Shown here: positions 42,731 through 44,800 of the stretch, in pieces
Position numbering within the stretch: the stretch's first letter is position 1
How the letters are laid out: every line of letters begins with the position of its first letter
Assembly (NCBI GenBank): GCA_051942205.1
Contig: JAVECO010000184.1
Location: 1-44,800 of the forward strand
Reading direction: 5' to 3'
Length of the DNA stretch: 44,800 nt
DNA from: Coniocarpon cinnabarinum
Lineage: Eukaryota
Notes under the pieces: model-generated
Told to the model about the DNA's origin: nothing
The model's database searches: none
What the model saw: the letters and a program-made list of their open reading frames with translations, nothing else
Position numbers and translations under genes: made by a program

Positions 42731-44512
42731 ATGTTCGTTTGGCGCATTATGGCTAAGATCGCGGCATTTGCTTGCTGCTTGAGCCTAGTATCTGCTCAAT
42801 CTTGGCGTGGGCTTCCAGGCAGCATCTATCCAGCAGATCCTTGGGGGCAATGTGTATCTGCGAGTTGGCCAGTCTCAGATCTGGGTCAGCCACTGCAGCC
42901 TCAAGAGCCAGACGCAGAACTGCAGGACATGCTTGCTCAGGTTGACGCTGGGCGCATCCAGAGCATAGTAACCAACCTTACGAACTTTGGAACACGACAC
43001 ACGCTGTCGACACAGACCAACCCAGTGCGTGGCATTGGTGCAGCAAGGGACTGGATATACCAGCAGATGTTGGATTTGGCCGCTCCATCAAACGGCAACA
43101 TGGACGTTTACTTTAACAGCTACATCCAGCCTGTTGCAAACAGAATCCTATTCCCAGTCAATATTACAAACGTAGTCGCCCAAATCAACGGAACGTCAGA
43201 CCCGAATCGAGTCTATGTGGTGACAGGACATTACGACAGCAGGCGCATCGACATTAATGACTATACCAATGATGCACCAGGCTCTAATGATGATGCTACA
43301 GGTGTGGCGGGTGAGTCTACTCTCTAGTATGCGTGTGTCTTTGGGGTTTGTCCGTACGCCGTTATGTCAGCTCCGTGCGCTCCAGCCTCGGCTAGTTTTT
43401 GCACACACGATGCGGACGTGGCTTCATCTTGGTTCAAGATAATGAAGGCCAGCAAGCAGATTGGCGAATTCAAACAAGCATTTCTCCAGTGTAAACGTGA
43501 ACGAAATGGCTGACCGACAACAGTAGTAATGGAGCTAGCTCGCATCTGTGCTATCAAGAAGCCCGCTGCAACAATGATATTTGCTGCCACAGCCGGCGAG
43601 GAACAAGGCCTTTATGGTGCAACAAATCTAGCGCAGACGCTTAAGAAAGCCTCCCGTAACGTACAAGCAAATTTCAACAACGACATTGTGGGCACGGGAA
43701 TGTCGCAGCCTTTTTCACCTATCAACAACAATACCGTCCGCCTGTATGGAGCTAGCATTCTGTATCCGAACAGCACCGGCATCAGCAGCGCCGCGCAGCT
43801 CTCAGAGATCGGCAACATCGGAGGCGAGAATGACTCACCCGCGCGCAATCTGGGTCGTTTCACTGCAGAAATTGTTGCAGGGGCTTCAGAAGATGTAGTA
43901 AGTCTCCCTTCGACAACACAAGGTGGTTGCAACAGAACCCGTGCTGACCTCGGAATCCAGGATATGCAAGTCGCACTGATTTACAGACCAGATCGATATC
44001 TGCGCGGTGGAGATCATGAAGCTTTTCTGACTCAAGGCTTCCCAGCAGTGCGCTTTACAGAAGCAGTGGAGGATTTTGCCCATCAGCATCAAGATCCAAG
44101 AGTCGAGAATGCAACGCAGTATGGTGACTTGCTTCGCTATGTCGACTTTGACTATGTGCAACGAGTGGCGAGAGTCAACCTTGCGTCAATGTGGTCTGCG
44201 GCCAATGCGCCGGCGTTGCCGCAGAACGTGACCATCAGCGAGGTCGTCGGCTTTCCCGCAGCGAGCGAGAGTACGCCTCTAGAGGAGATCAGCAACGACT
44301 CGCAATTCACTTGGACGACCGGGAACGATCCACTGGCGGTCGGTTATGAGCTGGTTTGGCGGCCGAGTGGGGCGCTGCAGTGGCAGTACTCGCTCCCGTT
44401 AAAGTCCAGTCCCGCTACAGTGAGTCTCAACAAAGACCAGCTGCAATTTGGCATCCGAGCGGTAGGCGCAGACGGCCGGAAGTCCCCAGCAGTGCTTCCC
44501 CTCCCTGCCTGA
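42731..44512 (+). CDS. Secreted M28-family metallopeptidase with C-terminal Fn3-like extension
   Basis: Exons 42731 (or 42749)-43310, 43524-43897, 43961-44512. Signal peptide; FGTRHTLS, GHYDSR, APGSNDDATGVA, AGEEQGLYGA, NNDIVG, DRYLRGGDH zinc-ligand motifs. Confidence 0.9.
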
Positions 44513-44800
44513 GTGCAGGAGAAGCACGCGTGGAGAGATTGAAGAACGGTGTTGGGATGAACAGAAGCAAATCAAGCCACGTGTCCACCGCCGCGGCGCT
44601 ACCCACGTACTCTTCTGACGCGACCGGATCTTTCGTTACAGTGGATCGTGTGCAGTAAGAGTTGTCAATCTCACTGCGATGACAGTCGGCGATGATCGTT
44701 GAGAATGGAATGTTAGGTAGATGGACCCTTGACATCATCGCCTGAACACTGGCACGTACCTGAAGTGCGGGAGCTCGATTCACCCAACGTGAGAGCTTCC

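Noticed and set aside
44427..44783. Minus-strand 118-aa ORF with splice-like signals at the window edge
   Set aside because: GTG start, overlaps the M28 stop and shows no recognisable family. It may be the tail of a gene outside the window but cannot be supported.
1..44800. Transposons, CRISPR arrays, rRNA, secondary-metabolite backbone genes
   Set aside because: No transposase/RT motifs, TIR/LTR pairs, spaced repeats or PKS/NRPS domains seen. Most ORF-track entries are antisense or alternate-frame shadows of the genes listed.

Overview
Compact, intron-containing genomic DNA of a filamentous ascomycete (Pezizomycotina-type genes; most introns are about 45-90 nt GT..AG with CTRAC-like branch points). 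The left ~11 kb looks accessory and partly decaying. It holds the 3' part of a Cys-based tyrosine phosphatase, tRNA-Gly(TCC), a secreted PI-PLC-like phosphodiesterase, ~3.4 kb without an intact gene, a GNAT acetyltransferase and a frameshifted MFS transporter pseudogene. The rest is a dense housekeeping block: CBR1, SND2/TMEM208, a PTH11-like receptor, BEACH protein BPH1, vacuolar protease PRB1, an ALKBH6-like dioxygenase, a PX-associated-domain protein, GRR1, NSE3/MAGE, PP2A-A TPD3, FRS1, a PcaB/Tad1-like lyase and an M28 peptidase. The most interesting unexplained signals are: (1) two densely hairpin-rich intergenic segments (~13.0-13.6 kb and ~34.2-34.6 kb) that share a tripartite motif TATATTCA-N7-GAGSAACCATT-hairpin-CTATCTCC, plus a third structured segment at ~26.8-27.0 kb, together a candidate unrecognised ncRNA family; (2) an in-frame transmembrane-like extension directly behind the PRB1 TAG stop; (3) a perfect 13-bp inverted repeat overlapping a UaY/Ppr1-type site upstream of the PcaB-like gene. 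All exon structures and base pairings were deduced by eye and need computational or RNA-seq confirmation.
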